A stretch of 37,721 nucleotides of DNA. Source: Octopus bimaculoides. Its lineage: Eukaryota. Shown piece by piece: positions 11,956 to 21,946 of this stretch. The DNA is taken from the NCBI RefSeq assembly GCF_001194135.2, contig NC_068981.1, forward strand, positions 151,117,704 to 151,155,424, read 5' to 3'. Both the position numbers and the translations under genes were made by a program. Below the pieces are notes generated by a model. It worked only from the letters and a program-made list of their open reading frames with translations, ran no database searches and was not told where the DNA came from. The stretch's first letter is position 1. Each line of letters begins with the position of its first letter.

Positions 11956-13957
11956 CAACCCAACACTAATCCCGACCTTGTCCCTACAGAAATAAATACA
12001 GACATACAAGAGACACAAACACCTCAGACACCACCCCGTGAAAAGAGTTGTTCCTTTTCTTATAACGTCTTAATTAAAGAACTAGCAAAGGAAATCGAGA
12101 GTTTAAAAGACATTATCAGAGTGGATATTTCGGGTTGTGAGGTGTGGCCCTCACAAATGAGATCTGCTGTCGTGAGCTGAGAGCACTTTCATAGATTGAG
12201 GGAGAAGTCTGGCGAGAAGGTGCATGTGATATGCGAAGAGATAGACATTGACACGTTGCCACCATCGGAGAGTGTAAAAGACGAAGAAAACGATCATCTA
12301 TAGAACATTGTCAACAGCAACAAAAAAGATAGAGATGGCATGCAAGGATGCCATCGAAAGATGTTTACGCCAAATATGGTACGAGACAAAGTTCATAAAC
12401 AGAGGGAAAGGTTTTGGTGCGGAAGAGGTGAGATTTGCATCCGAAAAGGATTGACCACACCTCTAAAGTCAGCAGAACTGCTGCTGCCGCCGACTTACTT
12501 CGGAAGACGGACCTCCAAAATTAGAAATGGGGAGGTCCTACCAGAGATAAAGCAGATGTGACTGATAGCAGCCATAATGTTAACCATGAAAGAGGAAGTA
12601 CACATACTTAAAGCGAGTGACCAGATCACAACAGAAGAACTAGTGGGGCTAGAAATTTCTAGTGGGCCTGGAAATAACAATTCAAGCCACTGAAAGGGAT
12701 CCAGAACAAATTACAGATCTAATCATCCAGCCCGATGAAACGAAATTAAGAGTTATAGTAGAGGGCAAAAAGCCCAAGATGCTACAAATCCGGGGGAAGG
12801 GTCAGATAAAGGCTAAGTGCCAACAGGTTTTGCAACCGGGGGCACACCCTACACCCAGCTTACCTATACAATCAGTTGAACCAAAAGGTATTAAATCAGA
12901 CAAACCCACCAGCCTATCAATGATCGATAAGCTGAAAGAGAGGAGGTCGACCAACAACACGAGTAACCCAATCCAGAATAATATCCCAAAAGAAAAGAGG
13001 GCAACCGAGACCACATCAAAACAGCTGAATTAGGAATTCCAGAGAGAGAAGAGAGAACCATGAAAGATACCCACATCGAACTATCACCACCTGAAAGCAT
13101 CGACGTTGAGGAGTTGGCCAACAAAAGAAGGGATACAAGAGGTATTAAAGAGCCTACCAACTGCAGGTCAAGACCAACAACCACAAAGCACACACACACA
13201 ACTCAAACAAAGACAACTAACAATACGATATCACACACTTCTCTCACAAGACGCAAACAACTTACACGTTTGCCACTTACAATCCGTTCACGGAGAATAT
13301 TTCACCAGCACCATCACTTAATAAAACAGACACCATCTCTAGTCTTGTCCCTGCCTGAAACGTTACACACAGATGCACTTGCTCACATTCAAGAAACGCA
13401 AACCCCCCAATCTCCTCCCCGAAAACGGCTTTCATAAAGACTTATAGGGCAGGAAATGCAGCACTGAGAAAATAGAATAACAAGGCAAAAGTCCATCATA
13501 AAGGTGAAACAACCCATTGGGGATTTGCCCTCAGATATGAGATGTGCTCTCATAGATAAAGAGAAACACCAGAAACTGAGAGAGACATTTGGGTCGGATG
13601 TGGAGCGGTTGGTACTGGAGCTGGTGATTGATTCACTGCCTCCAGTCATCAACCATAGTGATTTGAACGCACTGATTATTTAAAAAATAGGTATTTTTAA
13701 AGAATTATACAAAAATAAAAAATGTGTTTAGATAAAAAAGGAGATAAAGAAAAGGAAACCCTAAAACTGTGAACATTGGTTTAGAAAAGAAAAAAAGAGC
13801 TAAATGAGGCTACTTTGGATTGGAGCTAGAGTAACTGTCATTTCACCTTTGCATGATTTATATTTCATCTTTTTCCCTTCACTTTTTGTTTGTTTGTCTG
13901 TCTGTCCTTGTACCGCCCACTCTGTGTTGGGCCTTTACGGCTAAAATAAAATCAATT
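11956..13957 (+). mobile_element. Tx1-derived ORF1-only element A (degenerate ORF1 + 3' UTR + tail, no ORF2)
   Basis: Translated pieces KDAIERCLRQIWYETKFINRGKGFG..EVRFASEK, ELLLPPTYFGRRTSKI, VIVEGKKPK(C)...KGQIKAKC are homologous to ORF1 at 4150-4660. The ORF1-like C-terminus ends ~13683, then ~270 bp UTR and tail GCC-TTTAC-GGC-TAAAATAAAATCAATT. No EN/RT motifs seen. 5' boundary uncertain. Confidence 0.72.
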
Positions 13958-15080
13958 GGTAATTTGTCCGCTAAGTTGAACAGACGTGTTTTTTCTGCTG
14001 ATAAGTTAAATGCTTGCTGTTTTTGCTTGTTGTAGGTTTTCTCTTTAGGGATTGCTTTTTGTTTACCATTTCCTTCTGCGTCTTTTGACGCACTACCTGC
14101 GTTAGCAGGGTTGTGTTTATTACTGGTCTCCCCGTTTAGGGGCGAATTGTGTATCTTATGTGGAGCATGGAGTTGGACAACTTTATGGAATTGTTACCTG
14201 AGCTAGAGAGCTTCTTAACGAAAACTCAAGAAAGCACCGAAAGTAGTTATGTGTCCATGGCCAAAAGGAGGCAGTTACGCGTCAGCAGCCCAAGTCACCA
14301 GCAACGGAGTACAAGTCAGAGAGGATAAGCTCAATGAATACAAAGAATTATTACAGAAGGAGGGGACGAAAGTTAGAGAAAACACCAAAATGAAAGCCAT
14401 ATTTAACCGGACATTTTCACTAGCAAAAAAAAAAAGAAGAAAAAAAATAGTGATGGCATCGAAGGATGCCGTCGAAAAATGTTTAAACCAAATTTAGAAT
14501 GAGGTAAAGTTCGCAAACAGAGGGAAACGTTTTGGTACGGTAGAAGTGAGATTTGCTTCCGAAAAGGAAGCGTTCAATCACCCAACCACGCCCCTAAAGT
14601 TGGCAGAACTGATGTTACTGCCAACCTACCTCGGAAGCAGGACTTCCAGAATTGAAATTGGGGGATTCCCACCTGAGGTGAATGAGATGTGGCTGAAAAA
14701 AGCCATAATGCTGAACTTGAAAGACGAGGTTAACATTAAAAGCAAACAAGACAGAAAGCAACAGTAGAATTGATGGGGTTATGGACCTGGAAGTGGCAAT
14801 TCAGGCTACCCCAAGGGATCTGGAGGAAATTTCAGATCAAATTATCCTGCTAGATAATATCAAATTGATAATTATGGTAGAGGGCAGAAGCCCAAAGTGT
14901 TACAAATGTGGGAGAAAAGGCAACATAAAGGCCAAGTACCTTCAGGTTACACAACAAGAGGCACACCGTACACCTAGCACACTACTACAACCAATGAAAT
15001 CAACAAGTCTTAGTACAGAAAACCTCTCCAACCTAACCGACAAACTGTGTTTGGCCTTTATGGCTATAATGAAATCAATT
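13958..15080 (+). mobile_element. Tx1-derived ORF1-only element B (5' UTR, ORF1 N-terminal part, internal deletion to last ~35 nt of tail)
   Basis: T-rich 5' UTR; ATG at 14167 (MELDNFMELL...); KDAVEKCLNQI, EVRFASEKE, LLPTYLGSRTSRI, MVEGRSPKCYKCGRKGNIKAK. At ~15045 it joins TGTGTTTGGCCTTTATGGCTATAATGAAATCAATT, which matches the tail of element A. Confidence 0.75.
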
Positions 15081-15212
15081 CCACTCCTTCATTAATTTTC
15101 TCTCATCTTTTCTCATTTGCGCCCCCTCCTACTTTTGTGCTCTTTATTTGTACTGTCATGTTTGTATTTGTACTGTCCCCTCTATATTTAGTACCTTGTG
15201 GACAATAAAGAA
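15081..15212 (+). mobile_element. Further LINE/SINE-type 3' tail
   Basis: ...TGTACTGTCCCCTCTATATTTA-GTAC-CTTGT-GGAC-AATAAAGAA, same architecture as the tails at 3549-3570 and 8637-8660. Confidence 0.6.
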
Positions 15213-15224
15213 TTAATTCTTAAT

Positions 15225-16140
15225 TTGGACGCATCAGGTATGACCCGATTATAGGCAGAGAGAACAAACTATTGGCCGATTGCAAGCCGGGCAGAGTGCC
15301 CTGGTTGTTGTGAAAGCTTACAATGTCCACGTCAGCACCATCTATCAGCTGCAACAGCGATACAATAACACTAACAGCTCTGCAGACCGTGCCCTCAGAG
15401 GGGGACCCGGGTGTCCACACCCAGGCAGGACCGCTTGATCCACCTGCAACACCTCCGTGATCGCTTCAAACCAGCCAGCGTGACAGCTCGCGAGACCACT
15501 AGCATTGGACAGCGACCAATCAGAGACGAAACGGTACGACGTCGGCTGGCCGCCAACGACTTGCGTTGCCGTCGGCCTGCTCGAGGGCCTGTCATCCCCA
15601 CCCGCCACTGTCATGTACGACTACATTGGGCTAAACAGCACCGACGTTGGCGGCATCAACAATGGAGGTCGATATATTCTCTAACGAGAGCCAGTACTGC
15701 GTTTCTACCTCGGATGGCAGAGTGAGGGTGTGGCATAGGAGGGGTGAACGCTAAAGAGACGCATGTGTCATGGAGAGAGACGCGCGGGTGGCTAAAACAT
15801 CATGGTTTGGGGTGCTATAGACATGAATCAGAGAACTGGGCCCCTGTATTCTAAAATGTTGGTGCAGGCAGAGGGAATGGCATCACAGCGAAGCTCTACG
15901 TTTACCAGACCCTAAGGCCCTTCTTCGCGCGTCATCATAGCCACGTGTCCCAGCTCCCTCCCACACAACCAGGGTCATCATGGACTTCCTGTGTCAGCAC
16001 AACATCAGAACTATGCTGTGGTCGGCTCTCAGCCCGGATTTCAACCCAATTCAACACCTGTGTGGTAAAATCCAGAGACGGCTGAACCAGGTGGACCCAA
16101 GGCCGACAACTTGAGTGGAACTAGAGGGAGCGTTCCTCAA
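15225..16140 (+). pseudogene. Tc1-family (DD34E-type) transposase remnant
   Basis: HTH region REQTIGRLQAGQS...YNVHVSTIYQL, TPRQDRLIHLQHLRDRF, ETVRRRL, LHWAKQHRRW, FSNES (FSDES), IMVWGAI, SPDFNPIQHL (SPDLNPIEHL). Catalytic residues mutated, frameshifts, no TIRs recognised. Confidence 0.88.
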
Positions 16141-16976
16141 TCCACATTTCTTTATTTTCTCGAGACTATGCCCGTTTATATAAACTAGGGATTGATAGAT
16201 CAAAATCTGTGTATGACTAAAATATATCTAGTATTGTTTTAATATTATCGATGGTGAATTATTGAACTAAGTAGCGGATTTATGCCAGACAACTCATCAA
16301 ATATTAAAAATCATAAGCAATGGAGTGGGATACTCCGAATAACAATGGAAGAAATATAAATTATTTATTGAAGGCTCTTTCGTTCGTTTCTAACCAAACA
16401 CACTAAAACACGTACACGCGCCACACTTCCATATATGGATTAAACAGAAAAAAAGACGGATTTAGGTATGACTGTATTTTTAAGAGTTTTCTGAATGTTC
16501 GTGATAATGAATTAGAAGAAAGTAAATGCTGTCCCTTATCCTCGTAGTAACTCTCATTCCACCAGCAACCCTTATACAGGAGTCAACCTTTTTTCGTGGT
16601 ATGAACATACTCTGACGGTGTTATGATTCTTAGTAATTCCCTAACGTATTCTTCTTGAAATGGTTTTCTGTTTTTATATATCTATATTGTACTGTGTATG
16701 TTTAGAAATAGTTATTTTCATGTATAAAGGTAATCGTGTTGTTTGTTCTCTGTTTCTGATATGTGATTCTGTTTCTTCTTTTTGAAAAAGTCCGTAAGAA
16801 CGCAATCTCACTTAACAATATGAAAATAATTAGGAAAATTGTTTTACGGAATTTCGTGTAACGACCCGATTTTCGTAAGCGTTGTACTTCGTGGCAGATC
16901 TTGTCTGGGTAGCGTTCCAAATACGTCACTAAAGTAAGATGCAAGGGAAAGACATGGCGCTACTAATCCGGAACGA

Positions 16977-17256
16977 GATGTGAGCAGACCAGTTCCTCTC
17001 TTACAACAATCTGGTCAACACAGGTAGCCAGAAGGGATAAGGTTATCACGTTGGATATGAAGACAGTAAAAATTGCCTCCTGAACCCCATGAAACAGGAG
17101 ATGAAAGAGATTTTGCTCGACGCTCTAAAGATTTCATGTATTTAATTTTTGCCAAATCACTTTTACAAGGAACAAAACACAGGATTGTGACTAAGTAAAT
17201 AAATAACGAAATGAAAGGTCTGCTCACATCAGGTCTGCTCACATCAGGTCTGCTCA
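16977..17256. repeat. Inverted motif GATGTGAGCAGACC (left) facing a 15-bp tandem GGTCTGCTCACATCA x2.7 (right); possible MITE remnant
   Basis: Left copy 16977-16990; right copies 17217-17230, 17232-17245, 17247-17256. Confidence 0.6.
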
Positions 17257-17582
17257 TGTACAGGTAAAATGGTCAACAGGATAATGTATCAGTGTGAGTT
17301 ATCTCTTCTGTTCATCTCACACTGCAGACATACAGCTGAGCCCTGGTCTAAAATTCTCCGATCGTGTATAAAGTTAGCTTGTTACTATTGTTGTTTAAGC
17401 ACACATCAAACAGAATTATGCTCCAAGACGTTCCAGTTAAAAACATTGCGTCGTTTTTTAGATAGTAGTGTAGCATTAGAGTAAAATGTTTGTTGCTATT
17501 TCTAATATCTCCTATAACTAGATAAAAACTTTCTCGTTGGCTAGTATTGAAATTTATTTGTGAATATCCATTATTGTGTATT

Positions 17583-17720
17583 GAACCGTTCAAATCCCAC
17601 CGAGGGCGGCTTGCCTCTCTTCCTTCGAGGTCTAGGAAATAAGTACCCGATGAGTACTGGGATCGATTTAAACGACTAATATCCTTCGAAAATTCCAAAC
17701 CGGGTGCCTACAGTTGAAAG
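17583..17720 (+). mobile_element. Degenerate SINE fragment
   Basis: gttcaaatcccaccgagg...ccttcgaggtctaggaaataagtacc...gagtactgggatcgatttaaacgact resembles the SINE core at 11735-11830. Confidence 0.55.
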
Positions 17721-18382
17721 GATTTAGTTCAAATTATCTCCCTTCCGCCTTCTCGCTATGAAATGGTTGTTTATTGTGTTGATAAAATAGTTGTTTACAC
17801 GTTGAAGGCTTCGACATGTTGCTACTCGGTCACTTGTGTTGCGCTGAGTAAATGACTAACGTACATAACTCTCACTTTATAGTTTAATAATTAGCTTCTG
17901 TTATACTTATAATACAGAGCAGTGATGATTTATCTGACATTTTGTTTACATTGTAGAAGCTAATTATTAGAATAGTATTTTTACTAAAGTTATGGCAGGA
18001 GTAAGTTGCAGACTGTGCCAAGACCGTCAGCACCACCCTTCTTTTACGATATGTACAGCAGAGCCAAAGGAGGATATCCAATGTGGTAGTTTGACCTGCT
18101 AGAAGTAGCAGCAAAACCTCTCAAATCCCGCCTTATGGTATTTTTCGGAAAACAGACAATCATTGGATAACGTGGGTTGAGATTAAACTCTCTCTGGAAG
18201 ACGGGATGGTCACGACTGAGCATATGTGCTCAATATCAGGGTTGATATGGTACTCAAAAACAACAATGTTGTAATCAACAAGTATCGATTTACCTAAATA
18301 TGCCCTGCATGTAATTGTAATAAAGAAAGAACTGGTTGTACCAAAGTGTGCCGAATAATGACGGCACTACATATATATGTGT

Positions 18383-18441
<59 letters not shown>

Positions 18442-18937
18442 TATATATATATATATATATAGTTTAGAGAAAAAACCCCACAATTATTGAATTCATCCAT
18501 GAAAATCCACAATCACATATAGAAAAAATTAATAAGTAAATACACTAAAAAGACCTATAATAAAAATCCCCATAGTACAAAGTATTAAATATTAAAATTA
18601 TATATTGGATTTTTATCCCTAATATTATTATCATAATTATTTCATATATATATATAATGGAAGTTATGAGCGGTAGACGTGTCAATTAAACCCAAAGNNN
18701 NNNNNNNNNNNNNNNNNNNNNNNNNNNNNNNNNNNATATATATATATATATATATATATATAGGTTATTAGAGTTAGAAGTTGGAATAAACATTTCAGGG
18801 ATAAAAATATTCGTTTTACTACCGGTATAATTACCTATGTTAACCCTAGACATAAAAATGCAAGCACATTATGCTCATAGGTTACAGGCAATGACAAAGA
18901 TAAACATGAGTTTATCAGGAGTAAAATTTAAAGTAAC

Positions 18938-19092
18938 CAGAAAATGAAGAAATATTGATCAACAACAATTGACTAACATCAATTATTACTTTTTGATACA
19001 AATAGACTGTATCCCATCTATAGTCTATTTGTATTAAAAAGTAATAATTGATGTTAGTCAGTTGTTGTTGATCAGTATTTCTCCATTTTCTG
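18938..19092. repeat. Long inverted repeat: 74-bp arms, 7-nt loop
   Basis: Paired by hand: arms 18938-19011 and 19019-19092, 69 of 74 positions Watson-Crick, loop TCCCATC. Confidence 0.95.
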
Positions 19093-19106
19093 TTTGCTTT
19101 ATATAT

Positions 19107-19446
19107 TGCTGAGACCCCCTTCGGTCATGACTGACCATGGGATTGCACCTAGAAAATTAGCCTCTGAGTCACAAGTCCGGGCAAGGTTGTTTATGGAAGA
19201 CCAGCAGTCACCCGTGCATACCAGCTTCCCGTCTCCACGCCACCAGTGTTATCCAAGGGAAAGGCAAAGGCCGATACAGCTGAGCACCTGTGACGTCGCA
19301 ACTCATTTCTACAGCTGAGTGAACTGGAGCAACGTGAAATAAAGTGTCTTGCTCAAGAACACAACACGCAGCCCGGTCCGGGATTCGAACTCACAACCTC
19401 TCGATCGTAAGCTCGATGCTCTAACCACTGAGCCATGCGCCTTCAC
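19107..19446 (-). mobile_element. tRNA-derived SINE (third family)
   Basis: Minus-strand head GTGAAGGCGCATGGCTCAGTGGTTAGAGC (A box) ... GAGTTCGAATCCCGG (B box), then GTGTTCTTGAGCAAGACACTTTATTTCACG...CTCAGCTGTAGAAATGAG central domain. Confidence 0.8.
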
Positions 19447-19580
19447 TTTTTGCTTGTTTGTGCGCAAGTCTGTGGGTGAGTGTGTGGTGCGCATACACAT
19501 GTATGTATGTATGTATGTATGTATGTATGTATGCATGTATATATGTATGCATGTATGTATGCATGTAAGTGTGTGTATTC

Positions 19581-19617
<37 letters not shown>

Positions 19618-20333
19618 GTATGGGGAGAGTCATTCTCTTTTAGCGCCTTATTTAACACACTCACCGGTTTCCACTCATCTGCTTATTTATTTTTCCTAAA
19701 ATATTCGTTGCGTCTTGCAACCTTTTCGATAGTCGTTGACTCTGTCCGTTATCCGAGCTACCTCCTTTTTGTTTGTTTGTACGCAAGTCTGTGGGTCAGT
19801 GTGCGCGCGCATACACATGTATGTATGTATGTATGTATGTATGTATGTAGGTATGTATGTATGTATGCAAGTGTGTGTATTTATGTATGTGTGTGCTTAT
19901 GTATATATGTATGTATGCGTATACGTTTGTACGTATGTATTCTGTATATTCATGTGTTTGTGTTTGTGTGTTTTATGCGTGTTTGTGTGTGTGTGTGTAT
20001 GTGTATACCTCTGTCTCCTCGTATGTCTGTGCATGGGTTTTTGTGACTACGTATTGTGTCTGTATGTATGGGTGTGTGTCTCAATGTGTGTCCTAGTGTG
20101 AAGTGAAGTGTGTGTGTGTATATGGTCACGTGTTTCAGCCTTCATTTGCGCATGTATGTGTGTATGTGTGCTTGTCTGTTCATATTACCTATGTACCTAC
20201 CCATCTGTATGTCTTTCTGTTTACATTCATATACATTTACCTACATACATATGCATAAACATATACGTATACGAATACATATACATACACACATAAATAC
20301 ATCTACATAACAGTCCTGTATCTATTCTACCTA

Positions 20334-20372
<39 letters not shown>
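19447..20372. repeat. Compound (TATG)n/(TG)n/(TA)n microsatellite tract containing a ~54-bp direct repeat
   Basis: Direct repeat at 19447-19500 and 19766-19818, each followed by (TATG)n. Confidence 0.85.
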
Positions 20373-20848
20373 NNNNNNNNNNNNNNNNNNNNNNNNNNNN
20401 NNNNNNNNNNNNNNNNNNNNNNNNNNNNNNNNNNNNNNNNNNNNNNNNNNNNNNNNNNNNNNNNNNNNNNNNNNNNNNNNNNNNNNNNNNNNNNNNNNNN
20501 NNNNNNNNNNNNNNNNNNNNNNNNNNNNNNNNNNNNNNNNNNNNNNNNNNNNNNNNNNNNNNNNNNNNNNNNNNNNNNNNNNNNNNNNNNNNNNNNNNNN
20601 NNNNNNNNNNNNNNNNNNNNNNNNNNNNNNNNNNNNNNNNNNNNNNNNNNNNNNNNNNNNNNNNNNNNNNNNNNNNNNNNNNNNNNNNNNNNNNNNNNNN
20701 NNNNNNNNNNNNNNNNNNNNNNNNNNNNNNNNNNNNNNNNNNNNNNNNNNNNNNNNNNNNNNNNNNNNNNNNNNNNNNNNNNNNNNNNNNNNNNNNNNNN
20801 NNNNNNNNNNNNNNNNNNNNNNNNNNNNNNNNNNNNNNNNNNNNNNNN
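20373..20848. other. Assembly gap (further gaps at 11200-11209 and 18698-18735)
   Basis: Runs of N next to (TA)n tracts. Confidence 1.
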
Positions 20849-21197
20849 ATTCTGAGAATTATATTTATTTAGCAGTCTGTACTGATGAGAAACAGATATT
20901 TTCGGTAAGAAAATGTTAATTTCGAAACTAGTTTACAGATAACCGTATATATTTATGTAATTTTCACTTGTCTCACCCGCATACGTTTTTGTTACTTCGC
21001 TAAATTTCCTTTGAGAACAATTCGGTCTCAGTAGACACATTACATGTGATCTTCTTCTAGCACATTAACAGTCCACCTAGTGGTCTCCTTTTTACATATA
21101 CATATACAATAATCCTTTGAGATCTCAGATATTTATATATATATATATATATATATCTATATATATATGAACTGTGGTATGGGGTTATGATTACCTA

Positions 21198-21568
21198 CTA
21201 TATATATTTCCTATTTAGTACTGGGTACATTTCATTTATGAGGACGTACTCATGTATTTGTCTAAATGTTGTGTCTTTTGGGTGCTTAGATAAAATGTGG
21301 ATGTCAAGTTGACCTAGGTTGCCTCCATACTGGTCCTTGGCATGTTGGTAGAGTACGGAGGACTGTTTTTTGTCGTCATATTGTCTCAAATGTTCATTAG
21401 TCTTTCCCCAATGCTCCTAGATGTCTTTCTTATGTATATCATTTTCTCGTCTTTACAAGCACTCTCTATGCCCCTTACATTGTAGTCTACATTTCTAGTT
21501 TTACAGTTAATGCCAGGGTTAATCCTACATACCATGCAGTTATCATTTGAGAATACGATAAGCACCAA
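21198..21568 (-). pseudogene. Penelope-like element GIY-YIG endonuclease remnant
   Basis: CMVC...CKTRNVDY...C...IYIRKTSRSIGERL/NEHLRQ...SVLYQH...ILSKH...RQIHE..I....LN matches the PLE EN pattern (YIG mutated to YIR). One frameshift. Confidence 0.75.
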
Positions 21569-21584
21569 TGTTTATTTCCTTGTG

Positions 21585-21715
21585 TTCCTTTTTGTTGAAG
21601 AGCGTAGGCTCGAAACGTAAAATACTTTTTCACCTTCCAGAGCGTTAAACTAATACACATGTTTGATGTTTATACACCTGCCTTCGGCTTTTGTTTTTCT
21701 GTAAATTTCAACTAC
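21585..21715 (+). mobile_element. Putative Penelope-type 3' end/pseudo-LTR fragment, inverted relative to the adjacent GIY-YIG remnant
   Basis: TTGAAGAGCGTAGGCTCGAAACGTA motif (hammerhead-core-like) followed by ~100 bp ending in a microsatellite. Assignment is inference. Confidence 0.4.
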
Positions 21716-21946
21716 ACACACACACGCACGCACGCACGCATACACACATACATACATACATACATACATACATACATACATACAAGTTATAATGATGAAG
21801 TCAAACCAAATAGTGATATTTTGAAATACGTTAAGTTCTAAGTGTTGCATAATGGATGCTTTTCCTTCCAAATATTACGTAGACCTGAAAAGCACGGATG
21901 AAGTGATTTCAAAATATTGCTTTTTAGCTTGACTTCATTTGACTAC

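Noticed and set aside
20880-20900. CTGATGAGAAAC hammerhead-like core
   Set aside because: No stem II between the core halves and no pairing stem I; likely chance.
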